Positions 18,964 through 29,927 of a stretch of 64,000 bases of DNA are shown here, piece by piece. A program made the position numbers and the translations under genes. Positions within the stretch are counted from its first letter, which is position 1, and every line of letters starts with the position of its first letter. Source of the DNA: Armatimonadota bacterium (GTDB lineage Bacteria > Armatimonadota > HRBIN16); contig OY781964.1 in NCBI GenBank assembly GCA_963677485.1, forward strand, positions 3,488,001-3,552,000, written 5' to 3'. The notes under the pieces are model-generated. The model had not been told where the DNA came from. It ran no database searches and was given only the letters and a program-made list of their open reading frames with translations.

Positions 18964-20004
18964 CTATCCTTTCCCTCTGGCATGAAGGCTTTGTTGTAGT
19001 TGCTTCATGATTTCTTGTTCACCTTCGGTTAGCTCAACAGGCACGGTCACTCGAACTCGGGCATACAGATCACCCGGCTTACCATTACGGCGGGGTATAC
19101 CGTAGCCTGGCAGGCGGTATCGCTTACCGCTGCTGGTACCCGGCTTGATTGTCAGCTTCAACTGGCTATCCACCGTGTTGACCACAGCTTCACCGCCCAG
19201 GCACGCCACGGTGAAAGGCACGTCCACATCCGTGGTGAGGTCATGCCCATCCATTTCAAATCGGGCATCTGGACTGACATTGACCGTCAGTATGAGGTCG
19301 CCGACTGCACCTCTTCGGCCTGCACGGCCTTGACCTGCCACACGCAGCTTCTTGCCGCTCTCAAACCCTTTAGGTATGGTGACATCAATGGAGCGGTGCG
19401 CCCGTGTCTGGCCACGCCCGTTGCACTGCTGGCAAACCTGGCCCACATTATAGCCTCCGCGCGAGGTGCGCTGGGTGCCAGCCCCTCCGCAAGCGCTGCA
19501 AGCCTCATCGATATCGAATTCGATATGCCTGTTGTTGCCATGGAAAACATCCAGCAGTGAGACATCAATCTCAGCCGTGATGTCGCGTTCTGGCTCTGGT
19601 CCGCTCCCGCCGAAGGGGCTCCCGCCTCCTCCGCCAAAACCGCCGAAAATACTGCCCAGCAGGTCTTCAAGGCCTCCGAAACCGCCAAAACCCCCGAAGC
19701 CGCCAGCACCGCCACCACCACCCGGCCCGCCGCGTTGTCCAGGCTGCCCCGCTCCAGCACCACCTTCGGTGGCGTGCTTCCACTGCTCACCATACTGGTC
19801 ATACTTGGCTCTTTTATCGGCATCGGACAGCACTTCGTGCGCCTGGCTGATCTGCTTGAACCGCTCTTCGGCCTGCTTGTTGTTGGGGTTGACATCCGGG
19901 TGGTATTTCCGCGCCAGCTTACGATAGGCTGTTTTAATTTCCTTATCGGTGGCGTCGCGTGAAACCCCTAATATCTTGTAGTAGTCTTGATATTGATAAT
20001 CCAT
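18964..20004 (-). CDS. dnaJ: DnaJ-class co-chaperone
   Basis: DYYKILGV...HPD J-domain, G/F-rich region, two CxxCxGxG motifs, C-terminal domain; start set to ATG 20004. Confidence 0.9.
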   Translation of the reverse strand: MDYQYQDYYKILGVSRDATDKEIKTAYRKLARKYHPDVNPNNKQAEERFKQISQAHEVLSDADKRAKYDQYGEQWKHATEGGAGAGQPGQRGGPGGGGGAGGFGGFGGFGGLEDLLGSIFGGFGGGGGSPFGGSGPEPERDITAEIDVSLLDVFHGNNRHIEFDIDEACSACGGAGTQRTSRGGYNVGQVCQQCNGRGQTRAHRSIDVTIPKGFESGKKLRVAGQGRAGRRGAVGDLILTVNVSPDARFEMDGHDLTTDVDVPFTVACLGGEAVVNTVDSQLKLTIKPGTSSGKRYRLPGYGIPRRNGKPGDLYARVRVTVPVELTEGEQEIMKQLQQSLHARGKG

Positions 20005-20122
20005 ATGTGCACCCCAACGGCTGGTAGGCAGAGTGGGGATGAAGCCATCAATGGCCGCACCCCCACTCAATAGTTACTTACACGGAAGTCCGGTCATAAA
20101 GCCGAACAGTTTTCTGTTTCTG

Positions 20123-20569
20123 TTATCCTGCGGTGACTTGGACCTTTCGGGGTTTGGCCGCTTCTGCCTTGGGCAGAGTGATCGTCAGAACACCGTCTTT
20201 GAACTCCGCTTTGATGGCTTCCGCCTGAACCGCAGTAGCTATGGTCCAGCTACGCTGGAAGGTGCCAAACTGTCGTTCTACCCGAACGTAGTCCTTGCGC
20301 CTCTCGATGTCATCGAACTTGCGCTCACCCTTTACAACCAGGGTGTCGCGAGTGAGCTCAATGTCCACGTCCTCGGGTTTCACCGCAGGCAGGTCCATTT
20401 TGATCACTATTTCGTTGTCGTCCTCACGCAGGTCCGTGCTGGGCGTCCACATAACCGGCGTGTTAGTGCCGTTTGAACGTCCCCCGAATACCTGTCGGAG
20501 GGTGTGGTCTAGTTCGCTCTGTAATCGTCCCATCATTTCAGATGGATCGTCCCAACGTGATACTGGCAT
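20123..20569 (-). CDS. Small heat-shock protein, Hsp20/alpha-crystallin family
   Basis: DLPAVKPEDVDI, ERQFGTFQRS, AEFKDGVLTITLPK, C-terminal VQV. Confidence 0.94.
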   Translation of the reverse strand: MPVSRWDDPSEMMGRLQSELDHTLRQVFGGRSNGTNTPVMWTPSTDLREDDNEIVIKMDLPAVKPEDVDIELTRDTLVVKGERKFDDIERRKDYVRVERQFGTFQRSWTIATAVQAEAIKAEFKDGVLTITLPKAEAAKPRKVQVTAG

Positions 20570-20677
20570 GGAGAACCTCCTTCAGATTGGTGCCTATGCA
20601 CCTGATGCATTGATTCGTTATGTCAATTTCTGTGTACCTTCTGATCGCTTTTACCCGAAGGCACACAGCGTGTCGGT

Positions 20678-22528
20678 TTAGGCCTGCTTGAACTCAGCAT
20701 CCTCTACGTCGTCATCGGCCTTCTTCGGCTCTTCAGCCGCTGGCTGACCTTCGGCTTCGCCGGGCTGAGCCTGCTCTGCCTGCTGCTTGTAAAGAATTTC
20801 GCTGAGACTGTAGCTGGCCTGCTGCAGTTCGTCGATCTTCTTGCGGATGTCCTCGGTGTCACTGCCCTCTTTGACCGACTTCAGGTCTGCGATGGCGGTG
20901 TCGAGGCGGTCTTTCTCCGCGGCGGGAACCTTGTCGCCCAGATCCTTGATCAGCTTCTCGGTCTGGTAGACCAGAGAATCTGCCTGGTTCTTGGCTTCGG
21001 CCAGATCGCGGCGCTTCCTATCTTCATCGGCTGTGGACTGTGCGTCCTTCACCATGTTGTCGATGTCGCTGCGGTCCAGGTTGCTGGAACCCGTGATGGT
21101 GATGTTTTGCTCACGGTTTGTGCCCTTGTCTTTCGCGGTGACCTTCAGGATGCCGTTCGCGTCGATATCGAAGGTGACCTCAACTTGAGGCACGCCGCGC
21201 TGTGCCGGCGGAATACCGGTCAGGTGGAAGCGGCCAAGGCTCTTGTTATCGGTGGCCATACTTCGCTCACCCTGAAGCACGTTGATTTCTACTTCAGTCT
21301 GCCCATCGGCAGCGGTGCTGAAGGTCTCGCTCTTCTTGGTGGGGATGGTGGTGTTCCGGTCAATCAACCGGGTCATCACACCGCCCAGCGTCTCGATACC
21401 CAGCGAAAGCGGGGTCACGTCGAGAAGCAGGATTCCGGTTCCGGTTCCGTCGCCCACGGTCTCACCGCTCAGAACAGCAGCCTGGATCGCGGCACCGACT
21501 GCCACCACTTCATCCGGGTTCACCGTCTTGTTCGGTTCCTTGCCAGTCAACTGGCGGACCAGCAACTGCACGCAGGGCATACGGGTGGAACCACCTACCA
21601 GGATCACTTCGTCCAGATCCTTGACGTCCATTTTGGCGTCCTGGATGGCCTGGAAGAAGGGCTTCTTCAGCCGGTCGATCAGGTCGCCGCAGAGCTCTTC
21701 GAACTTAGCGCGGCTGAGCTTGGTCAGCAAGTGCTTAGGTCCGCTGGCGTCCGCGGTGATGTATGGCAGGTTGATCTCTGTCTCGGTCATACCGGAGAGC
21801 TCAACTTTGGCCTTCTCAGCCGCTTCCAGCAGACGCTGGTTGGCCTGCGGGTCCTTGCGAAGGTCGATGCCGTTCTCTTTTTGGAACTCACCAGCCAGCC
21901 AGGCCGCCACTTTGGTGTCAAAGTCGTCGCCACCCAGGCGGGTATCGCCGGAGGTGGACTTCACTTCAAACACGCCGTCGGCAATCTCCAGTACGGAGAC
22001 GTCAAAGGTGCCACCACCAAGGTCGAATACCAGGATGGTCTCTTCTTTGCCGCGGTCCAGACCGTAAGCCAGGGAAGCCGCTGTCGGCTCGTTGATGATA
22101 CGAAGAACCTTCATACCGGCGATTTCGCCGGCATCTTTGGTCGCTTGGCGCTGCGCGTCGTTGAAATAAGCCGGTACCGTGATGACCGCTTCGGTGATTT
22201 TGTCACCAAGGAAGGCCTCGGCGTCAGCTTTCAGCTTGCCCAGGACCATCGCCGAAATCTGCTCGGGAGTGTAGTCAGTCCCATCAACGGAGACGCGGTC
22301 TCGCGTGCCCATCTTGCGCTTGATGCTGATGACCGTGCGCTCTGGGTTGACGATAGCTTGACGCCGCGCGGCGGCACCAACCACTCGGTCACCATTCTTC
22401 TGGAACGAGACGACGGAGGGGGTTGTTCGCGCCCCTTCGGAGTTCGGTATCACTTGCGGCTCGCCACCTTCGACGACGGCGATGACCGAGTTGGTGGTAC
22501 CGAGGTCGATACCTACTGTTTTAGCCAT
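20678..22528 (-). CDS. dnaK: Chaperone DnaK
   Basis: [43 protein letters not shown]. Confidence 0.98.
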   Translation of the reverse strand: MAKTVGIDLGTTNSVIAVVEGGEPQVIPNSEGARTTPSVVSFQKNGDRVVGAAARRQAIVNPERTVISIKRKMGTRDRVSVDGTDYTPEQISAMVLGKLKADAEAFLGDKITEAVITVPAYFNDAQRQATKDAGEIAGMKVLRIINEPTAASLAYGLDRGKEETILVFDLGGGTFDVSVLEIADGVFEVKSTSGDTRLGGDDFDTKVAAWLAGEFQKENGIDLRKDPQANQRLLEAAEKAKVELSGMTETEINLPYITADASGPKHLLTKLSRAKFEELCGDLIDRLKKPFFQAIQDAKMDVKDLDEVILVGGSTRMPCVQLLVRQLTGKEPNKTVNPDEVVAVGAAIQAAVLSGETVGDGTGTGILLLDVTPLSLGIETLGGVMTRLIDRNTTIPTKKSETFSTAADGQTEVEINVLQGERSMATDNKSLGRFHLTGIPPAQRGVPQVEVTFDIDANGILKVTAKDKGTNREQNITITGSSNLDRSDIDNMVKDAQSTADEDRKRRDLAEAKNQADSLVYQTEKLIKDLGDKVPAAEKDRLDTAIADLKSVKEGSDTEDIRKKIDELQQASYSLSEILYKQQAEQAQPGEAEGQPAAEEPKKADDDVEDAEFKQA

Positions 22529-22589
22529 TTTCGGATGTATCCTCCATTATGGGTATTGGGCCTTGACCCTCTCCCGATTGATTGCTCTG

Positions 22590-22628
22590 TATATAATATA
22601 CACCACTTGAGTATATTGTTGTCAAGTG
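22590..22628 (-). promoter_or_regulatory. dnaK promoter with HAIR-like HspR operator
   Basis: CTTGAGT-N7-TGTCAAG at 22606-22626 versus HAIR consensus CTTGAGT-N7-ACTCAAG; overlaps minus-strand TTGACA and an AT-rich -10 region. Confidence 0.75.
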
Positions 22629-22713
22629 TTTTGTGTGGTGTAATTAATATCTGTTATTATTACCTGGTTTTTGCGGGGAGATGTATGACGAAACCTTCGG
22701 TATCGGGACGAAT

Positions 22714-22828
22714 ATCCTGCGATGTGGGCCACCAGCCCCGTGTCGACGGGTTCCATCGCCCCAAGGGGCTCCATCACCCGTCGCTGATCAGATGGCTGCC
22801 CGCGTCGCTTCGCTCCTGCGGGCGCTGG
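22714..22828 (+). repeat. Dispersed non-coding element, copy 1
   Basis: GTCGACGGGTTCCATCGCCCC...GCGTCGCTTCGCTCCTGCGGGCGCTGG shared with 24065-24264 and, inverted, 45622-45820. Confidence 0.88.
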
Positions 22829-22857
22829 GGTAAACTGGCATTAAAGGAGAAATCTAC

Positions 22858-23382
22858 ATGGAAAAGCAAAAACAAAACAGTAAGCGAATCCATATCGTGA
22901 TCGAAGCAGTAGTCTGTATCGCTATACTGGCTGGCTTAACAAAAATACTTGCCCCGATCTATCTGGGGGCACAGGATTTAGCCCGGTCATCGAACACACA
23001 GGAACATGCTAAGCTCATCGGTGATGCATTGAAAATTTACTGTGCCAAGAACAACGGGCGTCTTCCACTTGCCGAACGCTGGTGTGATGCCCTGCAACCA
23101 CACGTCGCACCTGATGCTTACTTCAATCTTCATAAATGGCAGCGTAATGGTATTAACACGGAGCCATATGCGATGGTCCGTGCAATGGGGGGTGTTAACC
23201 TCAATAACCTCAAAAACCCAGAGAAGACTGTGGTGTTCTTCGAAATTGCGGAGCGCAAACCTAATGTGTCAGGTGACATTCGAATGCAGGTTCCACCACA
23301 TGGTGAGCGTAAATGGAATGTGGTGGTGATGGCAGATGGCAACAGGAAACTTGTCAAGATGCCCGCGACAGTCACGCGTTAA
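22858..23382 (+). CDS. Degenerate prepilin-like protein with H-X9-DG-like C-terminus
   Basis: IEAVVCIAILAGLTKILAPIY resembles the IELLVVIAIIAIL..ILFPVF pilin helix; C-terminal HGERKWNVVVMADG. Confidence 0.6.
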   Translation: MEKQKQNSKRIHIVIEAVVCIAILAGLTKILAPIYLGAQDLARSSNTQEHAKLIGDALKIYCAKNNGRLPLAERWCDALQPHVAPDAYFNLHKWQRNGINTEPYAMVRAMGGVNLNNLKNPEKTVVFFEIAERKPNVSGDIRMQVPPHGERKWNVVVMADGNRKLVKMPATVTR

Positions 23383-23414
23383 CCCGCCTGTGCCAATGTG
23401 AAGGAGATGTCGAG

Positions 23415-24062
23415 ATGCCAAACGAATCAAAACACAAACCCAAGATACCTAAATGGGTCATTGGGTTCATCACCGTGGTTTTGGTTCTTTCCTATCTGTG
23501 GATGTTGTTACAGGGTGTAAAGAACACAAGCACGAACACTCATCGGTGGTCTGCCAACCAAGATACGGCCAAGATAATCGGTAGAGCCCTGTCGCTCTAT
23601 TATGAACAGAATGACTACTACCTGCCTCCTGCCGACCGATGGGCGACCGCCTTACAGCCATGTGTGAATGAGGTGGTAGACAGAGCCCATAAAAAATACC
23701 TCAATCGTCTCAAGAGAGAAGGTGTGAAGGCACCAGCAAGCCCGAAACAACCGGTTAGTGTGGTCACATGGGAATCTGGCGGATATCGATACGAGCCATT
23801 TGCCATGAACCGAGCATTGAGTGGCGTCTATGTGAAGAGGATCAAGCACCCAAGGCAGGTGGTCGCTTTCTACGAGACCACCGACCGAGAGCCAAACCTG
23901 TCGGGTGACCAGAGCATTCAAGTGGCACCTTATGGCGAACGCCAGTGGAACACGATGGTGATGGCTGATGGAAGCCGCTTGACTACCGAACAGGCTGAAG
24001 ACGGCACCGGTCAGCGCGTCGACCATTGGGATATGGCTGTGACCATCCGCTCGATGCCGTAG
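23415..24062 (+). CDS. Membrane-anchored paralog of the preceding gene (H-X9-DG-like)
   Basis: One N-terminal TM; LPPADRW..ALQP, EPFAMNRA and YGERQWNTMVMADG parallel 22858..23382; start set to ATG 23415. Confidence 0.6.
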   Translation: MPNESKHKPKIPKWVIGFITVVLVLSYLWMLLQGVKNTSTNTHRWSANQDTAKIIGRALSLYYEQNDYYLPPADRWATALQPCVNEVVDRAHKKYLNRLKREGVKAPASPKQPVSVVTWESGGYRYEPFAMNRALSGVYVKRIKHPRQVVAFYETTDREPNLSGDQSIQVAPYGERQWNTMVMADGSRLTTEQAEDGTGQRVDHWDMAVTIRSMP

Positions 24063-24064
24063 GT

Positions 24065-24264
24065 GGCAGCGGGGCTGGTGGATTGCGGTATGGGCAATCG
24101 GCCCGCGTCGACGGGTTCCATCGCCCCAGGGGGCTCCATCACCCGTCGCTGATCAGATGGCTGCCCGCGTCGCTTCGCTCCTGCGGGCGCTGGCGGAGGG
24201 CACCCTGCGCCCGCTTGCGGGCTGCAAATAGCTAGACGCGCGGTGGGTGACTAAACCCGCGGCA
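24065..24264 (+). repeat. Dispersed non-coding element, copy 2
   Basis: Matches copies 1 and 3; ends in GGGTGACTAAACCCGCGGCA. Confidence 0.88.
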
Positions 24265-24411
24265 TGTCGCGTCTGATATCATTCAGGTCCGTTCGCCAAT
24301 CACCGGAAATCATAAACAACCTCTGAAATCCGCAACCCTGGGCACCGGATTATACCCAGACGCGCTTGTATACTGAGTACAGTGGAATCATCACCAGGAG
24401 ATACAATAGTT

Positions 24412-26762
24412 ATGACTAGGTTCGCAGCAGTTATACCCCTCGCACTCTCTGCGGTGCTTGTGGGTGCGCCCCTCACGGCATCATCGGCGACGGCGGTGCT
24501 TACGGGCACATCGGAGCACCCAGCAAGGATCATTTGTGGCACATCGCCCGAAGCACTTCAGATGGGCCGCTACATCGCCAGCTTTTTAGGTGCTCGCCGA
24601 TGCCCTGCGAAGCTTGTGACAGGCGGTACTCTAAACACAAACACCACCGTGACACAGATTGTTCTGGCCACCCCTGAATATCTGAAGTCACTGGCACCGT
24701 CGGTGAAAATGCCCGGCTTCACGGCCAAATCACGTGATGAAGCTTATGTGCTGGATGTGAAAACAGGCAAGCAGGGATCGACAATATTACTAATAGGTAA
24801 GTCTATCACCGGGGTAAGGGCTGCGACTGCGCGGTTCGTGTGCAAGATTGCCAACGATGGCCGTCAGCTGACAATGCCCGTCGGCAGGGAACAGGCTGAC
24901 CCCTTCATCAAGCTTCGTGTGACGAACCCGGGCAACCCGTCTCGGCGTCAAACCCCCTTCACATCGCCATTCAAATCCACCGACATAGAAACATGGCCTT
25001 TAAGTAAGATCCGTGCCTACCCTGAAATGTTCTGGCAGTTCGGGTTCAATGGATTGCAGTTGGGTGAGTGCCGCGGCTATAGCAGCGTGCCTGACAGCGA
25101 CATCGTGCGCATCAGAACCGCGCAACAGACGATGTACAAAGGGGCCCGCGACTACCATATGTACACCTCAATGTTCATGTGGGGTGACGCGCTGTTTGAT
25201 GAGTTCGAGACCTTTTCCTGGAATAACCCCACCGAACGCAAGGTGATGCGCCTCTTCCAAAAAGACCTGGCGATGGACTATGGTCCGCTGGTCGACCATA
25301 TCATCGTGCATGTGGGCGATCCGGGTGGCTGCAGCCGCGATGGCTGTGACCTCTATAAAACGCCGCAGGAGATCACCGCATCTGCACTGGCTGAGTTCAG
25401 GAAGGTGAACCCTAAGATCGTGGCCACGCTGAGCACCTGGGCGAACAGCTATTTCTGGCGCAAGAGTCCGAAGCGAATCGACATGTCCAACTATGCGCCG
25501 ATGTTCCCCGGGATGGCCTCGCAGACCGAATACAACGAGCCCGTGCCTGGAGGCGCGAAGTTCATGGATGCAAGCTACATGCCCAAGGATGTGGGCATCG
25601 CCATGAACCGCGACTATAATGAGCAGCAGGCGGATATGATCTGCGCGAATGGCCGCCCTGCGGACATCTGGAGCTGGTATATCGGCGACAACGAGATGAT
25701 CAACACCTACTGGTTCGCCATGAAGCATACCGATGCGATGATCAGTAAGATGCCTGACAAGGCGCGCGACCAGATCAACATGGAGACACATGACCTATGC
25801 TGGCATGGCTGGCCGCAGGTGATTACCGCGTATGTGGGTGCTCAGAAGCTGTGGAACCCCCGGAAGCCCTTACTGAAGATCGAGCGTGAGTTCTGTGTGG
25901 CAGGTTTTGGTCCACAGAACGCTGACGCAGTGCTGCAGCTCTACCTCACGGTGGAGAATGGTTGGAACCAGGCACTGCCGACCCCGCCCAACTGGGGAAC
26001 CGCCGAATATAGTGCGCAACTGACCAAAGTGCTGCAGCAAGCTGCCAGTATCAAATTCCCGACGGGCTGGAAGCCCAACTTCGCCTTCCTGTGCCGGTGA
26101 AGAACTATATCGAAATGCTCACCGCGCGGGTCAAGCTGATGCGGGCGGTCTCTGACGCCAAGATGCAGATCGATGCCGCACGGAAGCGTCTGAAGGTCGG
26201 CAGTGTCAATAAGGCGAAGAGCCTGGCGTTGGCCGTGACCGACAGCTCCGGTTCACAGCTCATCGGCGTGAACGGCATGGACATCCCCATCCGGCTGGAG
26301 CCGGGCATGGCCGTGGGTGTGAGCTTCCGCGCCATCAAGGACTTCTCAAAGCTGGGTCTGATCAGTTGCACCTGGAGCAGCAGCAACTCGGGCTATACTT
26401 TATCGCTATATGACTCCGTGGGCGGCAAGCTGTTGGCGCAGAAGGTGATCACCAACCAGCCAGATAACGAGATGGCCTGGCTAGAGACCAAGCAGCTTTC
26501 TGGCACCTTCTACCTGGAGGCATCGAATCCTACAGGCAGTGACATTGGGGTCTACGGATCAGTCAATGGCAGCGAAGGAATCAGTGTGCTCATCAACCGT
26601 CAGGCGATACCTGAGGAACCGGCGGAGATCATGCAGTTGAAGCAACAGCTTGTGAAGTCGCTGCCAAACCTGCCCATCGACCCGATGTACAAGATGGACG
26701 CCAGCATCGTGAATCCCGGCTATACGACGCTTACATTTGCCCAGATCATCGAGCGGATGTAG
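24412..26762 (+). pseudogene. Putative secreted glycoside-hydrolase-like protein split by a 1-nt frameshift near 26088 (or a sequencing error)
   Basis: ORFs ending at 26100 and 26762 together align end to end with 27156..29501; TTCCTGTG here versus TTCCCTGTG in the paralog. Confidence 0.8.
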
Positions 26763-26863
26763 CATTGAGCAGAGGGGCGGATGAGGTTGCCGATATTCGC
26801 AACCCGATCCATGTTTAGGTGCATCCGTATCAACAGACTGTTTATGTTTGCTGGCAGTCCGGC

Positions 26864-27082
26864 ACCCCGAAGGGGTAGCGGTTCTTATAGCCACGGGTAA
26901 GCGCAGCGCAACCCGTGGTAGGCACACAAAAACAATTTACCCCGAAGGGGTCTGTTGTAATGACCAGGTTGCCTGGCATCTGAAGAGATACGACCCACTT
27001 CGGGGTAGGGACCGGTGTACCGCTTTCCAGGGGTTGCGCTTCGCTTACCCCTGGCTATAAGAATCTTACCCACTTCGTGGGT
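26864..27082. repeat. Long imperfect inverted repeat of REP/IS200-associated type
   Basis: TTCTTATAGCCACGGGTAAGCGCAGCGCAACCC pairs with GGGTTGCGCTTCGCTTACCCCTGGCTATAAGAA; terminal CCCCGAAGGGG-type hairpins. Confidence 0.82.
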
Positions 27083-27155
27083 GTCCGGAGGCCCGCCGCC
27101 GTAGATGCGGGTAGTGAATTGCCCTGCATCCGTATAAAAGGAGTTATCTATCTGT

Positions 27156-29501
27156 ATGACCAAGAATAACATAGCACTCCCTCTCGCCATCGCTGTGATG
27201 TCGTCGCTGCCAGCAGCGGCTGGAACGAGTCCGCAGGCGGTGATCACCGGCAGCGTGAAGCAGCCGGTGCGCATCCTCTGCGAGCAGTCGCCGGAAGCGG
27301 CCAAGATGGGAAGATACCTTCGCGACTTCTTGAAAGCGCGGCACTGCCCTGCCACCGTTGTGCTGAAAGGCACTCTAATTCCTGACAGCCAGGCCACACA
27401 GATGGTATTAGCTACACCAGGCAGCCTGCCCTCATTGGCCTCAGAGGTATCAGTGCCGAAGTTCGCCAAAGCTGCCCGCGATGAGGCTTTTGTGCTGGAT
27501 GTGCGCGCTGGGAAGACGAGCTCTACGCTTTTACTAATAGGTAAGTCGCCTGCAGGCCTGCGTGCCGCCGCCTCCCGGTTCGTGTGCAAGCTGGCCAATA
27601 ACGGCAAGCAGCTCAGCATCGACAGCGGCAGGGAGCAGGTCGACCCCTTCATCAAGCGAAGACTGATCTTTGTGGGTGACCCGGCACGGCGCCAGGTACC
27701 CTTCGGCTCGCCATTCAAAGACGCAGACTACGAGACATGGTCGGAAGCCCGAATCCGGGCCTACCCGGAGCTGTTCTGGCAGTTCGGCTTCAACGGCTTA
27801 CAGGCGGGCGAATACCGCGGATATGGCAGCGTGCCCGACAGCGACATGCCTCGCATCCGCAAGGCGCTTCAGACGCTGTATAAAGGCGCCGGTGATTATG
27901 ATCTGTTCCGCTCGATGTTCATATGGGGTGACTGCCTGTTTGACGAGGGCGTGACCTACTCCTGGAACAATGGCACGGAACGCAAAATCATGCGTCTATA
28001 CCAAAAAGACATCGCCCGCGACTTCGGTCCGTTGATCGACCACTTCATCATCCATGTGGGCGACCCGGGCGGCTGCAGCCGTGACGGCTGTGATCTGTAC
28101 AAAACGCCGCAGGACCTCACCACATCGATGCTGGAGCAGTTCCGCAGGTATAATCCCAAGATGATCGGCACCCTGAGCACCTGGGCGAACAGCTATTTCT
28201 GGCGGAAAAGCCCGGTCAAACTCGACATGTCTAATTATGGGCCGATGTTCCCCGACATGGTGGCGCAAAAGGAGTTCAACGAGCCGATTCCGAGCGGTGC
28301 GAAGTTCATGGACGACCACTTCCTTCCGATGGACGTCGGCATCGCGATGAACCGCAGCTACAATGAGCAGCAGGCGGACATGATCCGCTCGCACAACCGG
28401 CCTGCCAGCATCTGGAGCTGGTATATCGGCGACAACGAGATGTTGAACACCTACTGGTTTACCATGCAGCACACCAACAATATGCTGAGCGCCATGCCGG
28501 ACAAGGCGCGGGAGCAGATCGACTGGGAGACGCACGACCTCTGCTGGCATGGATGGCCCAACATCATCAGTGCCTATGTCGGCTCACAGAAGCTGTGGAA
28601 CCCTCGTCGACCACTCATCGACATCGAGAGGGAGTTCTGTGTGGCCAGCTTTGGTCCGCAGAACGCCGAGGCAGTGCTGGGACTCTATCACGCGGTGGAG
28701 AGCGGCTGGACACAGCCGATACCCACACCGGAGAAGTGGGGCACACCGGAACACAACGCCTACCTCACCCAGGTGCTTCAAAAGGCCAGCAGCATCAAGT
28801 TTCCACCCAACTGGAAGTCCAATTTCGCCTTCCCTGTGCCCGCTCAGAAGTATGTGGAGCTGCTTACAGCCCGCGTCAAGCTGATCAGGGCGGTCTCGCA
28901 GGCGCAACTGGCTTTGGATTCCCTGCGCAAACGCCATGGCATCACGAAAAGCAACCGCGCGCAGACGCTGTATTTCAAGGCGGAAGACAGCCGCGGTGGG
29001 GAAGTCGCCGCGGCCCGAAATTACGAGATATCCATGCCGTTACAGCCAGGGCACACGCTTGGCGTGAGCTTCAATGCGATCCGTGACTTCCAGAAGGCGG
29101 GCATTGTCAGCTTCGGCAACCCAGGTTGTGGCATGACCCTTAGTCTGTATGATAAGCAGGGTGGGAAGCTGCTAGCCCAGAAGGTGTTTACGTCTTTGCC
29201 TGCGGAGCAGTGGATCACCCTGGACACAGACCAGCCTGCTGGTGGCTACTATCTGGAGGTCAGCGACCCGACGGGCGTGCCGACCGGCGTTTACGGATCC
29301 GCCGTGGCGAAGGAGGGCGTCACTGTGTATACCAACGGCCAGGCTGTGCCGTCTGAACCGGCGGAGTTGATGCAGCTCAAGCGGAAGCTGATTGAGGAGC
29401 TGCCCAACCTGCCCATCGACCCGATGTGGAAGATGGACCGCTCCATCGCCAACCCGGGATTCACCGTACCCACCTTCGCGGAGATGATCGAGCGGATGTA
29501 G
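27156..29501 (+). CDS. Secreted uncharacterized protein, putative glycoside hydrolase (GH20/GH67-like N-terminal domain, probable barrel, beta-sandwich insert)
   Basis: Signal peptide; DEAFVLDV..LLLIGKSPAGLRAA resembles the hexosaminidase/glucuronidase N-domain; HVGDPGGC; family assignment uncertain. Confidence 0.5.
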   Translation: MTKNNIALPLAIAVMSSLPAAAGTSPQAVITGSVKQPVRILCEQSPEAAKMGRYLRDFLKARHCPATVVLKGTLIPDSQATQMVLATPGSLPSLASEVSVPKFAKAARDEAFVLDVRAGKTSSTLLLIGKSPAGLRAAASRFVCKLANNGKQLSIDSGREQVDPFIKRRLIFVGDPARRQVPFGSPFKDADYETWSEARIRAYPELFWQFGFNGLQAGEYRGYGSVPDSDMPRIRKALQTLYKGAGDYDLFRSMFIWGDCLFDEGVTYSWNNGTERKIMRLYQKDIARDFGPLIDHFIIHVGDPGGCSRDGCDLYKTPQDLTTSMLEQFRRYNPKMIGTLSTWANSYFWRKSPVKLDMSNYGPMFPDMVAQKEFNEPIPSGAKFMDDHFLPMDVGIAMNRSYNEQQADMIRSHNRPASIWSWYIGDNEMLNTYWFTMQHTNNMLSAMPDKAREQIDWETHDLCWHGWPNIISAYVGSQKLWNPRRPLIDIEREFCVASFGPQNAEAVLGLYHAVESGWTQPIPTPEKWGTPEHNAYLTQVLQKASSIKFPPNWKSNFAFPVPAQKYVELLTARVKLIRAVSQAQLALDSLRKRHGITKSNRAQTLYFKAEDSRGGEVAAARNYEISMPLQPGHTLGVSFNAIRDFQKAGIVSFGNPGCGMTLSLYDKQGGKLLAQKVFTSLPAEQWITLDTDQPAGGYYLEVSDPTGVPTGVYGSAVAKEGVTVYTNGQAVPSEPAELMQLKRKLIEELPNLPIDPMWKMDRSIANPGFTVPTFAEMIERM

Positions 29502-29927
29502 GGGATGACGTCGAGTACACAGGGTATCAGCACGCTGAACTACCCTGTGTACCGCTACAGAGCCATGGGACACCAGAAAATACCTCGACTTCATCCCCAT
29601 CCGTGCTGCGAGGGGATGTAGCCACACCATCATTGTGACCATTCAATCAGCACGCGTTTCGTCATTGTTTCCACTCCTCTAGATAACCACGGATTAATGT
29701 TTGTGATATTCACTAAGATTTTCATGAAATTCGCTCAAGATGCCCCTTGATCGCGATTTTTTTGCGGTATAACGTAATTGATGAAAAAAGGATAGAGGAT
29801 ATAATCCACTATTCTACCATTAAGTGGTGCTGCACGTAGTTGTGGGCAGACCATAAATGCTTGATATATAGCCAGCCTAGATGTCTTCCAGATATCTAGC
29901 GAATGGAAGAGTCCTGGAGGTTTCCTG

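Noticed and set aside
21107-22900. 597-aa plus-strand ORF
   Set aside because: Antisense shadow of dnaK, a well-known artefact of codon bias
26559-27718. Minus-strand ORFs of 122 and 277 aa
   Set aside because: Overlap real plus-strand genes and the inverted repeat; no recognisable domain
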